DNA of 61,220 bases from Clostridia bacterium (GTDB lineage Bacteria; Bacillota; Clostridia; UMGS1883): the NCBI GenBank assembly GCA_045591865.1, contig JAZNTQ010000074.1, forward strand, positions 1-61,220, read 5' to 3'. This document shows positions 9,835-20,050 of the stretch, piece by piece (the first letter of the stretch is position 1; every line of letters starts with the position of its first letter). A model generated the notes under the pieces. That model ran no database searches and was not told where the DNA came from. It was given only the letters and a program-made list of their open reading frames with translations. Made by a program: the position numbers and the translations under genes.

Positions 9835-10489
9835 TAGCCTTGTTATAAATACCTGTGCATACTTTCACTGTTGCGCTTATTGAAAGGAACATCGCAACTA
9901 CTATCACAAGCGGTATAAGAAGCTGGAACATCTGAAGCTTTGCCTTAAAGCACCAGAGGGCACAAAACACTGCCGCTATAACTGCTACGATAAAACATCT
10001 GTTCACGACTCTCATATAGGTCGTGAATATAAATACAGTCTGCGAATCTGCCTCGGACGTGCGAAGCGCTTCGAGGCTTTCTTTTGTGTAATTCGCCATT
10101 TTCGCGGCAATGGAATAAGGCTTTACTTTCTTTTCGAGCTGGTCAAGAGCCTGATTTCTCATCCGCTCCTCATTTTCCTTGAAATACTCGTGGAAAAGGA
10201 TGCGGTACTTCTTTTTATCTTCAGAAAGGACAATTCTTATTTTATCGCCCTTTATCCACATCTTTGCTTCAGTCGGTTTTAATTTCGCGGCATATTTTCT
10301 TCCGTTTTCATCTATAGCACGGATGGTCACCGCTTTTTCGGCAGTATTATTTGAATTTACTATGGTGGCTAAAAGCGCTTCGCCCTCTGCATCTATACAT
10401 CTGCCTCTTTTCGGGATAAAGCCTGCTATACTCGTTGCAATTACGTAAATTACGAGGCCTATTCCCAAAAGCACTAAAATTATCGTCAT
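9821..10489 (-). CDS. hypothetical membrane protein (N-terminal TM, 2 C-terminal TMs)
   Basis: ORF only; no family recognised. Confidence 0.5.
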   Translation of the reverse strand: MTIILVLLGIGLVIYVIATSIAGFIPKRGRCIDAEGEALLATIVNSNNTAEKAVTIRAIDENGRKYAAKLKPTEAKMWIKGDKIRIVLSEDKKKYRILFHEYFKENEERMRNQALDQLEKKVKPYSIAAKMANYTKESLEALRTSEADSQTVFIFTTYMRVVNRCFIVAVIAAVFCALWCFKAKLQMFQLLIPLVIVVAMFLSISATVKVCTGIYNKATKKS

Positions 10490-10546
10490 ACAATCAACTC
10501 CCAGTAAGCCGATTATATACTATAAACCTCCATTTTGCAAGAAAAT

Positions 10547-11287
10547 TCAAATTATATTTACATATCTTGAATCAACATAGCCTACAAGCCCGTTATAATT
10601 TACTACATACCATCCCTGCCACTGTCCTACTACGCTGAGGGGTGCTCCGTTTGGAATAGATGCTATAATGCGCGATGTGCGTGACGGTTTTTCACGCAGA
10701 TTAAGAGTGCCGCTTGAAACTCTCACGACTCCTCGTCTTACCCCCATAGGCTCTATAAATGGAATACCGAAATATTCTGTGAGAGAAAGCACCAGATTGG
10801 CGGCAATTCTTTCTATGTTTCCTGTTACCCAGTTTGCATCACCCACGTTATCGTGGTAGCCAAGTTCAAGGAAAACTGCAGGGGCACGCGTCTGCGTGAC
10901 CTCACCGATTGTGGTGGTGGTAAGCGCTCTCACCTTTGATGGATTTGGGTAGATGCTTTTAAGATTGCGCACGAAAATCTGTGCGGCGCGTCTGCCACGG
11001 GGACTTATAGGCGAATAGTAGACATCTATCCCCGTGTATGTCCCATACTGTCCCTCGGGTGCGGCATTTGAATGAAGCGCAACGTGAAGGTCGTAGTTCC
11101 CGCGATTTGACTGTCTTATAGCATCTGCAGCGGTCATATCGGGAGAATTCCTTGTATATTGTATTCCGCTTGAACGAAGGTAAGGCTCCATCGCATCAGC
11201 AACAAGATTCATATAATATTCCTCACTGCCACCTGTAACGTACATATTTCCCTCCTGTGTGGAAGGGCTTAAATATATTCTGGGCAT
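10547..11287 (-). CDS. N-acetylmuramoyl-L-alanine amidase (Amidase_3) with C-terminal SH3 domain
   Basis: MPRIYLSPSTQEGN...HVALHSNAAP; C-terminal RVSSGTLNLREKPS...GWYVVNYNGLVGYVDSRYV SH3_3. ATG 11287 with GAAGGAG RBS. Confidence 0.8.
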   Translation of the reverse strand: MPRIYLSPSTQEGNMYVTGGSEEYYMNLVADAMEPYLRSSGIQYTRNSPDMTAADAIRQSNRGNYDLHVALHSNAAPEGQYGTYTGIDVYYSPISPRGRRAAQIFVRNLKSIYPNPSKVRALTTTTIGEVTQTRAPAVFLELGYHDNVGDANWVTGNIERIAANLVLSLTEYFGIPFIEPMGVRRGVVRVSSGTLNLREKPSRTSRIIASIPNGAPLSVVGQWQGWYVVNYNGLVGYVDSRYVNII

Positions 11288-11391
11288 AATAATCACTCCT
11301 TCTTTACATTCTATGTCAAGCTCTCCCAATTTGACAAAATGCTCATTTTCCTGTATAATTACTTTTTGGTACTTCAAAAAGAGGTGATTAA

Positions 11392-12798
11392 ATGAAGAAA
11401 ATTAAGATACTGATTTCAATAATTCTTGTTCTTATAATTTCACAGCTTGGCGTGCTTGCTGCACCGAGAATTCCTGTGTATAAGGTGGGAAATGTTTTAT
11501 ATTTTCTCGACAAGTCTTCAGGTACTATTACAGGATTTGCAGGCGAGCCGAAGGATGTTGTAATCCCCACTACGCTTGGCGGATACAACGTGGTTTCTAT
11601 CGGATACCGCGCTTTTGCAGGCTCTCCCACACTAAACACGCTTTCAATCCCCGAGGGTATTACTACAATTTCGGCAGAGGCTTTTGCCGCTTGTCCTAAT
11701 CTTACAAGCGTTGAGATAGGCAGCAGCGTTTCCTATATAGGCTCGCTTGCTTTTGCAAACTGTACTTCGCTTTCAAATGTGATTTTTAAGGGTTTGCTTG
11801 AAAATATTGAGGGAGATGCGTTTGATAATACTGCATGGATAAGCACTTCTTCATCTGAATTTGTAATACTTGGGGGAACTACTCTTCTTAAATATAATGG
11901 TTCTTCAGAGAGCGTTACTGTTCCCTATGGCGTTAAGACCATCGCATCAAACGCTTTCCTTTATAATGCTAATGTCAAAGAGATTATACTTCCCGACACA
12001 GTACAGAAAATTGGCGACAACGCGTTTTTACATTGTTACAGTCTTGAGAAAATAGAAATTCCGTCCTCCGTTTCGCATATCGGCGCAGGCGCTTTTGACG
12101 ACACGATATGGATGTATAATAAGTCGGGCGATTTTGTGACTGTCAACGGAATTCTTATTTCATACAAGGGCGAGGAAAAACACGTGGAGCTTCCCAGCGG
12201 CATAACTGCAATCGGAAGCGGTGCATTTATGGCAAACGAAAATCTCCTTTCCGTGCATCTGCCAGACAGCGTTATCTACATCGACTCAATGGCGTTTGGC
12301 GGTTGCTCCGAGCTTCGTCTTCTTAATATTCCAGACAGCGTGGAATGGATTGACGAATATGCTTTTGCAGGATGCACAAAGCTCACCTTGCACGGAAGGA
12401 TGGATTCTTACAGTCAGAGCTATGCAGAGTATATGGAAATCCCATTCAGCACAGAGGTATATGTAAGCTATAACGGACAAAAAGTATATTTTGACACCGT
12501 AGTGCCTATCATATATTATGAAAGAACTTATCTCCCCCTCCGCGCACTTATGGAAATGATGGAATTTACTGTAACGTGGGACGCACAGACAGGAAATGTC
12601 ACCTGTTTAAAGGATTCGCGCACAGTTGTAATCGCACCAAGCGGGGAAATAACTGTAAACGGAGCTCTTTCCCCGACCATTGCTCCGCCGATAAATATAA
12701 ACGGGTCAAATCTGGTTTCAGCACGTGTTATCGCCGAAGCAGTCGATGCACAGGTGATGTGGAATGACTCTACAAGAACAGTCGAAATAACTAACTAA
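11392..12798 (+). CDS. secreted BspA-type leucine-rich-repeat protein with C-terminal copper-amine-oxidase-N-like domain
   Basis: Signal peptide. Repeated IP.SV..IG..AF..C..L units. C-terminal YLPLRALMEMMEFTVTWDAQTGNV. Confidence 0.75.
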   Translation: MKKIKILISIILVLIISQLGVLAAPRIPVYKVGNVLYFLDKSSGTITGFAGEPKDVVIPTTLGGYNVVSIGYRAFAGSPTLNTLSIPEGITTISAEAFAACPNLTSVEIGSSVSYIGSLAFANCTSLSNVIFKGLLENIEGDAFDNTAWISTSSSEFVILGGTTLLKYNGSSESVTVPYGVKTIASNAFLYNANVKEIILPDTVQKIGDNAFLHCYSLEKIEIPSSVSHIGAGAFDDTIWMYNKSGDFVTVNGILISYKGEEKHVELPSGITAIGSGAFMANENLLSVHLPDSVIYIDSMAFGGCSELRLLNIPDSVEWIDEYAFAGCTKLTLHGRMDSYSQSYAEYMEIPFSTEVYVSYNGQKVYFDTVVPIIYYERTYLPLRALMEMMEFTVTWDAQTGNVTCLKDSRTVVIAPSGEITVNGALSPTIAPPININGSNLVSARVIAEAVDAQVMWNDSTRTVEITN

Positions 12799-12802
12799 AA
12801 TC

Positions 12803-12830
12803 ACACGGGAGCGATGCTCCCGTGTATTTA
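12803..12830 (+). terminator. intrinsic terminator
   Basis: ACACGGGAGC-GAT-GCTCCCGTGT hairpin after the LRR gene. Confidence 0.6.
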
Positions 12831-12849
12831 ATACGGAGGCGTATTTTCT

Positions 12850-14385
12850 ATGCGAAAGCTCCTTAAACTGATGTTCAGTCAGGTGACTATCGTAAGTATT
12901 CTTTTACTATTGCAATTACTGGCACTGGCAGGCTCGCTTTTGCGGATAAGTGAATATTTCGTGTATCTTAATATCATTTTGAAGCTTATCAGCGTAGTTA
13001 CGGTTGTTATCATCATAAACCGCCACTCAAACCCTTCTTATAAGCTTGCGTGGGTTGTGCCGATACTTCTTTTCCCTCTTTTCGGCGGACTTTTCTATCT
13101 TTTTATAACAGGTCAGATGCACACAAAGTATTACTTTCACAAGCTTACCGCATCTGAAAAGGAGATAAACGGAAAGTATAAGCAGGATGAAGCGGTGCTT
13201 TCTGAAATAGAAGAGAATTTTCCCGAAAGGAAAACTACCGTAAAGTTTATAAATAACGTTTCAGGCATGAATGTCTACCATGGTGGCGGTGTAGAGTATT
13301 TTTCAGTCGGAGAAGAAATGAAGGAGAGTATCCTTTCAGAGCTTGAGAAGGCGCAGAAGTATATATTCCTCGAATTCTTTATTATCAAGGAGGGCATTTT
13401 CTGGGATTCGATACTGGAAATTCTCAAGAAAAAGGCGGCAGAAGGAATCGATGTGCGTGTGATGTACGACGGGATGGGAAGCCTTGTTCCCCTTTCCCTA
13501 AAGTATCCTAAAGTACTCGAAAGCTATGGAATAAAATGCCGAGTTTTCTCGCCATTCACACCATTTCTTTCTGCGCTTCAGAATAACCGCGACCATAGAA
13601 AAATCCTTGTGATTGACGGGAAAGTTGCCTATACCGGCGGTGTAAATCTTTCCGACGAATATATAAATGTGAACTATCCCCACGGACATTGGAAGGATAT
13701 GGGGGTTTTGGTAAAAGGAGAGGCGGCATTTTCCTTTACCAAAATGTTTCTCCATCTGTGGTGGCATAACTCAAGGACGAAAGAGGATATTAAAGACTTT
13801 GAGCCTCTCTTTGCCGAAGACGAGCTTTGTGCACAGGACGGCTATGTGATGCCATTTGCCGATATGCCGCAGGACAAGTATCAGACGGGAGAATTTATAT
13901 ACCTTGACATAATCAACAAGGCTCAGAATTATATCTATATCACCACTCCTTACCTGATACTCGACCATGAAATGACAGTAGCTCTTAAAAATGCGGCGTA
14001 CAGTGGTATTGACATTAAGATAATCTGCCCGAGAATTGCAGACCACTGGTATGCACGCGCAGTTGCCTACAGCTACTATAAGGAGCTTACTGACGCGGGG
14101 ATTGAGCTTTATGAATATACCCCCGGCTTTATTCACGGAAAAACATTCTGCAGTGATGATAATATAGCAGTTGTGGGAAGTATAAATCTTGATTACAGAA
14201 GTCTTTATCTGCACTTTGAATGTGCGGCGTGGTTCCTCGGTGATAAGGTTTGCGCCGATGTGAAAGAAGATTTCAAAAGGACTCTTCCCAAATGCGAAAG
14301 AATTACCATCGAGCACTGCAACAAAATACATCCGCTTCGTAAAATATTAAATGCTCTTTTAAGACTTTTTGCTCCGCTTATGTAA
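12850..14385 (+). CDS. cls: cardiolipin synthase
   Basis: Two HKD motifs (DHRKILVIDGKVAYTGGVNLSDEY and IHGKTFCSDDNIAVVGSINLDYRS) and N-terminal TMs. Confidence 0.9.
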   Translation: MRKLLKLMFSQVTIVSILLLLQLLALAGSLLRISEYFVYLNIILKLISVVTVVIIINRHSNPSYKLAWVVPILLFPLFGGLFYLFITGQMHTKYYFHKLTASEKEINGKYKQDEAVLSEIEENFPERKTTVKFINNVSGMNVYHGGGVEYFSVGEEMKESILSELEKAQKYIFLEFFIIKEGIFWDSILEILKKKAAEGIDVRVMYDGMGSLVPLSLKYPKVLESYGIKCRVFSPFTPFLSALQNNRDHRKILVIDGKVAYTGGVNLSDEYINVNYPHGHWKDMGVLVKGEAAFSFTKMFLHLWWHNSRTKEDIKDFEPLFAEDELCAQDGYVMPFADMPQDKYQTGEFIYLDIINKAQNYIYITTPYLILDHEMTVALKNAAYSGIDIKIICPRIADHWYARAVAYSYYKELTDAGIELYEYTPGFIHGKTFCSDDNIAVVGSINLDYRSLYLHFECAAWFLGDKVCADVKEDFKRTLPKCERITIEHCNKIHPLRKILNALLRLFAPLM

Positions 14386-14392
14386 AATTACA

Positions 14393-14420
14393 CTGCCCGA
14401 GAAATTCGGGCAGTTTTTTT
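14393..14420 (+). terminator. intrinsic terminator
   Basis: CTGCCCGA-GAAA-TTCGGGCAG followed by T7. Confidence 0.8.
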
Positions 14421-14553
14421 GATATAAAAGGAATTTTTCTGTCGTAATTAAATTTCTTATATCTTGTTAATATTTGAAGAAAATCATTGATTTTTCATCA
14501 TATATAGTATATAATGAAAATTGGTATTTTGCACATTAACAAAAGAGGTGTGT

Positions 14554-15816
14554 ATGTTGGAAAAACTGAAAATTACAGGTTCTAATCAGCTTTTCGGCGA
14601 AATTGCAGTTTGCGGCGCAAAAAATGCGGCAGTTGCAATTATCCCTGCGGCGCTTCTTGTCGACGGTATCTGCCGAATTGAAAATATTCCCGACATTAAA
14701 GACGTAAGATTGATTATAGATATGCTTGTGCAGCTCGGCGCAAGCGTTACATATGTAAATGATACTACAATCGAGGTTAATTCATCCAATCTTAAAACCC
14801 ACGTTGCACCACGTGACCTTGCAAGCCGTATGCGCGCAAGTTACTACCTTTTGGGCGCTCTCCTGGGCAGGATGAATAAGGCGGAGGTTTCCCTCCCGGG
14901 TGGTTGTAATTTCGGCACGCGCCCGATAGATTTGCACGAAAAAGGTTTCCGTGCAATGGGTGCAGAGGTTAAAATTGAAGAAGGTATCGTTTTTGCCGAG
15001 GCGCAGAAGCTTACAGGCAGCACTATTTATCTTGATACTGTAAGCGTTGGTGCTACGATAAATATTATGCTTGCGGCAGTTCTTGCCAAGGGTAAAACAG
15101 TAATTGAAAACGCGGCAAAAGAGCCGCACATAGTTGACGTTGCAAACTTTCTTAACGCTATGGGTGCAAATGTGCGCGGTGCAGGTACGGATGTTATCCG
15201 AATCACTGGTGTGAGCCAGATGCGCGGCGGAAGCTATAGCATCATCCCCGATCAGATTGAAGCAGGTACTTTTATGCTTTTAGCAGCGGCAGCAGGTGGC
15301 GAGGTGCTTGTGCGAAACATTATTCCCAGGCATATGAACTGCCTCACCTCAAAGCTTGAAGAAATGGGTGTGCGCGTGACAGAATACGACGATTCAATCA
15401 GAATTGAGCGCGATGGTGCTCTTCGCGGAACATCGGTTGCGACTATGCCCTACCCCGGGTTCCCGACTGATTTACAGCCACAGATGGTAGCTCTCCTTTC
15501 AACTGTGGCAGGAGATAGTCTTGTTCAGGAAAACGTATGGGATAACAGATTCCAGTATGTGGACGAGCTTCTTAAAATGGGAGCTGACATAAAGATTGAC
15601 GGAAGAAAAGCCAAGATTACAGGTGCGGCGCTTCGCGGTGCCGAGGTTACTGCGACAGACCTTCGTGCAGGTGCAGCGCTTATCATAGCAGGTGCGGCGG
15701 CAGATGGGGTGACAGAGATTGCATCCCCTCATTATATCGACCGTGGTTATTCAGATATAGAACGCAGGCTCCGTTCTATAGGCGTTAAGATAGAGCGTAT
15801 TTTTGAGGCGGATTAA
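14554..15816 (+). CDS. murA: UDP-N-acetylglucosamine 1-carboxyvinyltransferase
   Basis: MLEKLKITGSNQLFGEIAVCGAKNAAVAIIPAALL...; ATG 14554 with AGAGGTG RBS. TTGATT-17-TATAAT promoter upstream. Confidence 0.95.
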   Translation: MLEKLKITGSNQLFGEIAVCGAKNAAVAIIPAALLVDGICRIENIPDIKDVRLIIDMLVQLGASVTYVNDTTIEVNSSNLKTHVAPRDLASRMRASYYLLGALLGRMNKAEVSLPGGCNFGTRPIDLHEKGFRAMGAEVKIEEGIVFAEAQKLTGSTIYLDTVSVGATINIMLAAVLAKGKTVIENAAKEPHIVDVANFLNAMGANVRGAGTDVIRITGVSQMRGGSYSIIPDQIEAGTFMLLAAAAGGEVLVRNIIPRHMNCLTSKLEEMGVRVTEYDDSIRIERDGALRGTSVATMPYPGFPTDLQPQMVALLSTVAGDSLVQENVWDNRFQYVDELLKMGADIKIDGRKAKITGAALRGAEVTATDLRAGAALIIAGAAADGVTEIASPHYIDRGYSDIERRLRSIGVKIERIFEAD

Positions 15817-15820
15817 GAAT

Positions 15821-16618
15821 ATGAATATTTCTATATGTCCCCTTTCTTCTGGCAGTAGTGGTAACGCCGTTCTTTTAAGAAGTGAAAATTGCGCTGTGCT
15901 CGTTGACTGCGGAATCACAGGCAAAGCAGCAGAGGGCGAGCTAGCCAGAGCAGGAATATCTCCACAAAATATTGACGCTATTATCGTGACTCATGAGCAC
16001 ATTGACCATATAAGTGGCGTGGGAGTGATGTGCAGGCGCTACAAGATACCTGTATATGCCACCCTCGGAACATGGAAAGCTATGATTAACTCCATAGGGA
16101 AGATTGACCCCTCTCTTATCCGCTATATTGCGGCGGAGGTGCCATTTGAAATTTGCGGTACCAAATTTCATCCGTTTGCGACTTCGCACGATGCAGCAGA
16201 AAGCATTGGGCTTGTCTTTTCAAGAGGCGATAAGCATGGCGCAGTTGCTACGGATTTAGGTACTGTGTCACGCCACATATTTGACCTTTTAATGCCCTGC
16301 TCAATTGCAATGATTGAAGCAAATCATGACGAGAATATGCTTGTCGCAGGACCTTATCCCGAGCATCTGAAAAAAAGGATACTCTCTGACCACGGGCACC
16401 TTTCAAACAGGGTATGTGGCGCTCTTTGTGCAAAACTTGTGCGCGAAGGGAATTTAAGGCAGATTATGCTCGGTCATTTAAGCAGTGATAACAATACTCC
16501 CCGCAAGGCATACGAGTCGGTAGCAGGCAGTATCGAGAGCGTCGGCTTCATGGTTGGTGAGGATGTGTCGCTCTATGTTGCCCAGAGATACTCTTTAAGT
16601 GAGGAGCTTATAGGCTGA
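15821..16618 (+). CDS. MBL-fold metallo-hydrolase (YycJ/WalJ-like)
   Basis: VTHEHIDHISG motif. Sits next to rlmH, as in Bacillus. Confidence 0.8.
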   Translation: MNISICPLSSGSSGNAVLLRSENCAVLVDCGITGKAAEGELARAGISPQNIDAIIVTHEHIDHISGVGVMCRRYKIPVYATLGTWKAMINSIGKIDPSLIRYIAAEVPFEICGTKFHPFATSHDAAESIGLVFSRGDKHGAVATDLGTVSRHIFDLLMPCSIAMIEANHDENMLVAGPYPEHLKKRILSDHGHLSNRVCGALCAKLVREGNLRQIMLGHLSSDNNTPRKAYESVAGSIESVGFMVGEDVSLYVAQRYSLSEELIG

Positions 16619-17094
16619 TGACGATAAATATTATTTGCGTAGGAAAAATCAAAGAAGATTACTTTGTGAAAGCAACGGCTGAATTCGAAAAACGACTCAG
16701 CCGTTTTTGCAATTTCAATGTAATTTGTCTTGATGATAAAAGCATTCCCGACAATCCCTCCCCTGCCGAGTGTAACGCTGTGCTCCAGAAAGAGGGAGAA
16801 CAGATAATGAAGAAAATCGGGAAAGGCGATATTGTCGTGGCGATGTGCATTGAGGGGAAAACGCTTTCAAGTGAGCAGCTTGCTGAAAAGCTGGCGAATT
16901 TTCAGATGAGAAGCAGCACGATTGATTTTATAATCGGAGGCTCTCTCGGTCTTTCGGATGAGGTGAAAAAACGCGCTGACCTCAAGCTTTCTATGAGCGC
17001 GATGACCTTCCCCCACCGAATCGCAAGACTGATGCTTGAAGAACAAATATATCGTGCATTCAAGATTAATGCCAACGAAACATATCACAAATAG
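16618..17094 (+). CDS. rlmH: 23S rRNA (pseudouridine1915-N3)-methyltransferase
   Basis: 158 aa SPOUT protein; ...IIGGSLGLSDEVKKRADLKLSMSAMTFPH. Confidence 0.9.
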   Translation: MTINIICVGKIKEDYFVKATAEFEKRLSRFCNFNVICLDDKSIPDNPSPAECNAVLQKEGEQIMKKIGKGDIVVAMCIEGKTLSSEQLAEKLANFQMRSSTIDFIIGGSLGLSDEVKKRADLKLSMSAMTFPHRIARLMLEEQIYRAFKINANETYHK

Positions 17095-17230
17095 CACAGA
17101 TTGGGGACGGGGCACTTTTCGTTATATTTTACGTAAACAAAAGCAGCAGGTATTTTACCTGCTGCTTTTTTAATTATGCGCTGCACAAAAAGTGCCCCGT
17201 CCCCAATCTGTGCAGTCCCCAATCTGTGCA
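17094..17230. repeat. perfect 26-bp inverted repeat plus tandem 16-mer (GGGGACGGGGCAC repeat family)
   Basis: 17094-17119 GCACAGATTGGGGACGGGGCACTTTT is the exact reverse complement of 17188-17213. GTCCCCAATCTGTGCA occurs twice in tandem (17199-17214, 17215-17230). Confidence 0.8.
17139..17172 (+). terminator. intrinsic terminator of rlmH (inside the inverted repeat)
   Basis: 12-bp stem AAGCAGCAGGTA/TACCTGCTGCTT followed by a T-run. Confidence 0.8.
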
Positions 17231-17233
17231 ATG

Positions 17234-17260
17234 AAAAAGAGTCCGCTTATGCGGACTCTT
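17234..17260 (-). terminator. intrinsic terminator of the PEP carboxykinase gene
   Basis: AAGAGTCCGC-TTAT-GCGGACTCTT with an A-run on + (a T-run on the minus strand). Confidence 0.75.
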
Positions 17261-17269
17261 TAGTGTTAT

Positions 17270-19039
17270 TTAGGAAAGTTTCTTTTCGAGATTATCAACT
17301 TCGTCCTTGATTTCCTTGGGAAGCTTATCGCCGAACTGTGCGAAGAATTCTCTCTGATCCTTCACTTCTTCCTTCCAAACTTCCTTATCGATTGAAAGAA
17401 GCTCTGTAAGAGCAGCATCAGTGATATCAAGTCCTTCAAGCTGAAGGTCTTCCTTGTTGGGAACATAACCGATTGCAGTTTCTTTCGCATCTACCTTACC
17501 GTCGCAACGGTCGATAATCCAGTTAAGAACGCGCATATTGTCGCCGAAACCGGGCCACATAAAGTGTCCTTCATCATCAAGACGGAACCAGTTTACATTG
17601 AAAATCTGGGGAGGATTGGAAATCTTCTTACCCATATCAATCCAGTGCTGGAAGTAGACGGCCATGTTGTAACCAACGAAGGGACGCATAGCCATGGGAT
17701 CACGTCTTACAACGCCTACTGCACCTGCTGCTGCAGCAGTTGTTTCAGATGCCATTGTAGCACCCACGAATACACCGTGATTCCAGTCGCGAGCCTGATA
17801 TACAAGCGGTGCAGTCTTTGCACGACGGCCACCGAATACGATAGCGCTGATCGGCACACCCTGGGGATTCTCAAATTCCTTGGAGATGCAGGGACAGTTT
17901 ACTGCAGGAGCAGTAAATCTTGAGTTGGGATGAGCGAGCTTGTTTCCTTCTGCAGTATATTCCTTACCGTTAACCTTTGCGCCCTTCCACTCGATTGCGT
18001 TTTCAGGAGGATTCTTGTCAAGGCCTTCCCACCAAACTGTCATATCGTCTTCATTTATTGCAACGTTTGTGAAGATTGTGTTCTTCTTTGTAGCAGCAAG
18101 TGCGTTGAAGTTTGTCTTTTCGCTTGTACCGGGGGCAACGCCAAAGAAGCCTGCTTCAGGGTTGATAGCGTAAAGTCTTCCGTCTTCGCCGACACGGAGC
18201 CAAGCGATATCGTCACCTACTGTCCAAACCTTGTAGCCCTTTTCCTTAAGAAATTCCGGAGGAATAAGCATAGCGAGGTTTGTCTTACCGCAAGCAGAGG
18301 GGAATGTAGCACAGATGTACTTAACCTCTCCCTGGGGATTTTCAAGACCGAGAATAAGCATATGCTCTGCCATCCAGCCTTCCTTCATACCCTGATAAGA
18401 AGCGATACGAAGAGCGAAACACTTCTTACCAAGAAGTACGTTACCGCCGTAAGCGGAGTTAACAGACATAATTGTGTTATCCTGGGGGAAGTGAACGATG
18501 TATCTCTCATCGGGATTTACGTCCTTCTTTGCGTGGAGACACTTAACGAAATCGCCATCTTCACCGAGGGCATCGATAACTGCCTTACCCACTCTTGTCA
18601 TAATATCCATATTAAGAACAACGTAGATGCTGTCTGTAAGCTCGATACCAATCTTTGAGAAAGGTGAGCCAACAGGACCCATAGAATAAGGAATAACATA
18701 CATTGTTCTTCCTGCCATGCTTCCGTCGTAAAGAGCATTGAGCTTTGCATACATTTCCTTGGGAGCCATCCAGTTGTTGATGGGGCCTGCTTCTTCCTCT
18801 GTTTCAGTACAGATAAATGTTCTGTCCTCAACACGGGCTACGTCGTTTTCTGCTGTTCTGTGGTAGTAGCATCCGGGGAGCTTCTCCTGATTAAGCTTAA
18901 TCATCTCTCCTGTTGCGACTGCTTCAGCGCGGAGTGCTTCAAGCTGCTCCTCGCTACCGTCGATCCATACTACTTTTTCAGGCTTACAAAGAGCTTTCAT
19001 TTCTTCAAGCCAAGTAAGTACTTTTTTATTGTTTGTCAT
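17270..19039 (-). CDS. pck: phosphoenolpyruvate carboxykinase (GTP)
   Basis: 589 aa. Reads as a GTP-type PEPCK throughout, e.g. ...FPSACGKTNLAML... kinase-1a motif. Confidence 0.9.
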   Translation of the reverse strand: MTNNKKVLTWLEEMKALCKPEKVVWIDGSEEQLEALRAEAVATGEMIKLNQEKLPGCYYHRTAENDVARVEDRTFICTETEEEAGPINNWMAPKEMYAKLNALYDGSMAGRTMYVIPYSMGPVGSPFSKIGIELTDSIYVVLNMDIMTRVGKAVIDALGEDGDFVKCLHAKKDVNPDERYIVHFPQDNTIMSVNSAYGGNVLLGKKCFALRIASYQGMKEGWMAEHMLILGLENPQGEVKYICATFPSACGKTNLAMLIPPEFLKEKGYKVWTVGDDIAWLRVGEDGRLYAINPEAGFFGVAPGTSEKTNFNALAATKKNTIFTNVAINEDDMTVWWEGLDKNPPENAIEWKGAKVNGKEYTAEGNKLAHPNSRFTAPAVNCPCISKEFENPQGVPISAIVFGGRRAKTAPLVYQARDWNHGVFVGATMASETTAAAAGAVGVVRRDPMAMRPFVGYNMAVYFQHWIDMGKKISNPPQIFNVNWFRLDDEGHFMWPGFGDNMRVLNWIIDRCDGKVDAKETAIGYVPNKEDLQLEGLDITDAALTELLSIDKEVWKEEVKDQREFFAQFGDKLPKEIKDEVDNLEKKLS

Positions 19040-19175
19040 TTTTTATTCTCCTTTCAAAATATCAAATTTCCCTGACTAACATTATATAGTATAAATCGAT
19101 ATTTGTCTACTGTTTTTTGATATGTTTTACAAAAAAATTAAGCGGGCAACCTCTCTTCCGGTCACCCGCTTTTTA

Positions 19176-20030
19176 TTACTTTGTAAAGTAGTCGGAAAGC
19201 GCACAAAACTCTTCAATTGAAAGCGCCTCTCCCCTCACTGACGGAGAGAGATTCAAGGTTTCTATAGCTTTTGCAATTTCTTCCTTGGAGCCAAATGCTC
19301 CGCTGCCCGAAAGTGCATTTACAAGGGTTTTTCTGCGCTGTGAAAACGCCGCTTTTATAAGCTTAAAGAAAAGCTTTTCGTCCTTTGGGGAAACCGAGGG
19401 AGTCTCAAGTATTTCCATACTTACAACGCTGCTGTCAACCTTGGGTGCAGGGATAAATGCCCCTGCAGGAACGTGCTTTATAATTTGGGGCTTTGAAAAA
19501 TACTGTGTGGTGATACTTATTGCGCCGTAGTCCTTGCCGGCTGGTTTTGCGCACAGTCTCTCGGCAACCTCTTTCTGAATCATCACAACAACCTTTTTGA
19601 AAGGAAGTCTGCTTTCAAGGAGATTCATTATAATAGGCGTGGTTATATAATAAGGAAGATTCGCCGCAACACTCACATCCATACCGCCAAATTCTTTTTC
19701 CATAAGCTCTTTAAGATTTACCTTGAGGCAGTCCTCCCAGATAAACGAAATATTGGAAAAGCCTGCAAGGGTTTCCGAGAGAACTTTCTGGAGACGCTTG
19801 TCAAGTTCTATGGAAACAACCTTCTCTGCCATAGTCGCAAGAGGGGCGGTAAGTGTACCAAAGCCTGGACCTATTTCTATAACACCCTGCGATTTTTCAG
19901 TTGCCTCCTGTGCCATAGTCATGGGCACGGATAAGTCCGTGATAAAATTCTGCCCCATACTTTTTGCGAAGGTGAATCCGTACTTTGAGCAAAGATATTT
20001 AATTATTTTTGGGTCGGTGAGGTCGTACAT
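19176..20030 (-). CDS. rsmA: 16S rRNA (adenine1518/1519-N6)-dimethyltransferase
   Basis: KSMGQNFITD... and VIEIGPGFGTLT SAM motif. Confidence 0.9.
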   Translation of the reverse strand: MYDLTDPKIIKYLCSKYGFTFAKSMGQNFITDLSVPMTMAQEATEKSQGVIEIGPGFGTLTAPLATMAEKVVSIELDKRLQKVLSETLAGFSNISFIWEDCLKVNLKELMEKEFGGMDVSVAANLPYYITTPIIMNLLESRLPFKKVVVMIQKEVAERLCAKPAGKDYGAISITTQYFSKPQIIKHVPAGAFIPAPKVDSSVVSMEILETPSVSPKDEKLFFKLIKAAFSQRRKTLVNALSGSGAFGSKEEIAKAIETLNLSPSVRGEALSIEEFCALSDYFTK

Positions 20031-20050
20031 TGCATCTTTCCTCCGCTGGT

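Noticed and set aside
10253-10261. DnaA-box consensus TTATCCACA
   Set aside because: It is a single isolated copy inside a coding region. There is no cluster, no AT-rich unwinding element and no dnaA/dnaN context. It is not an origin.
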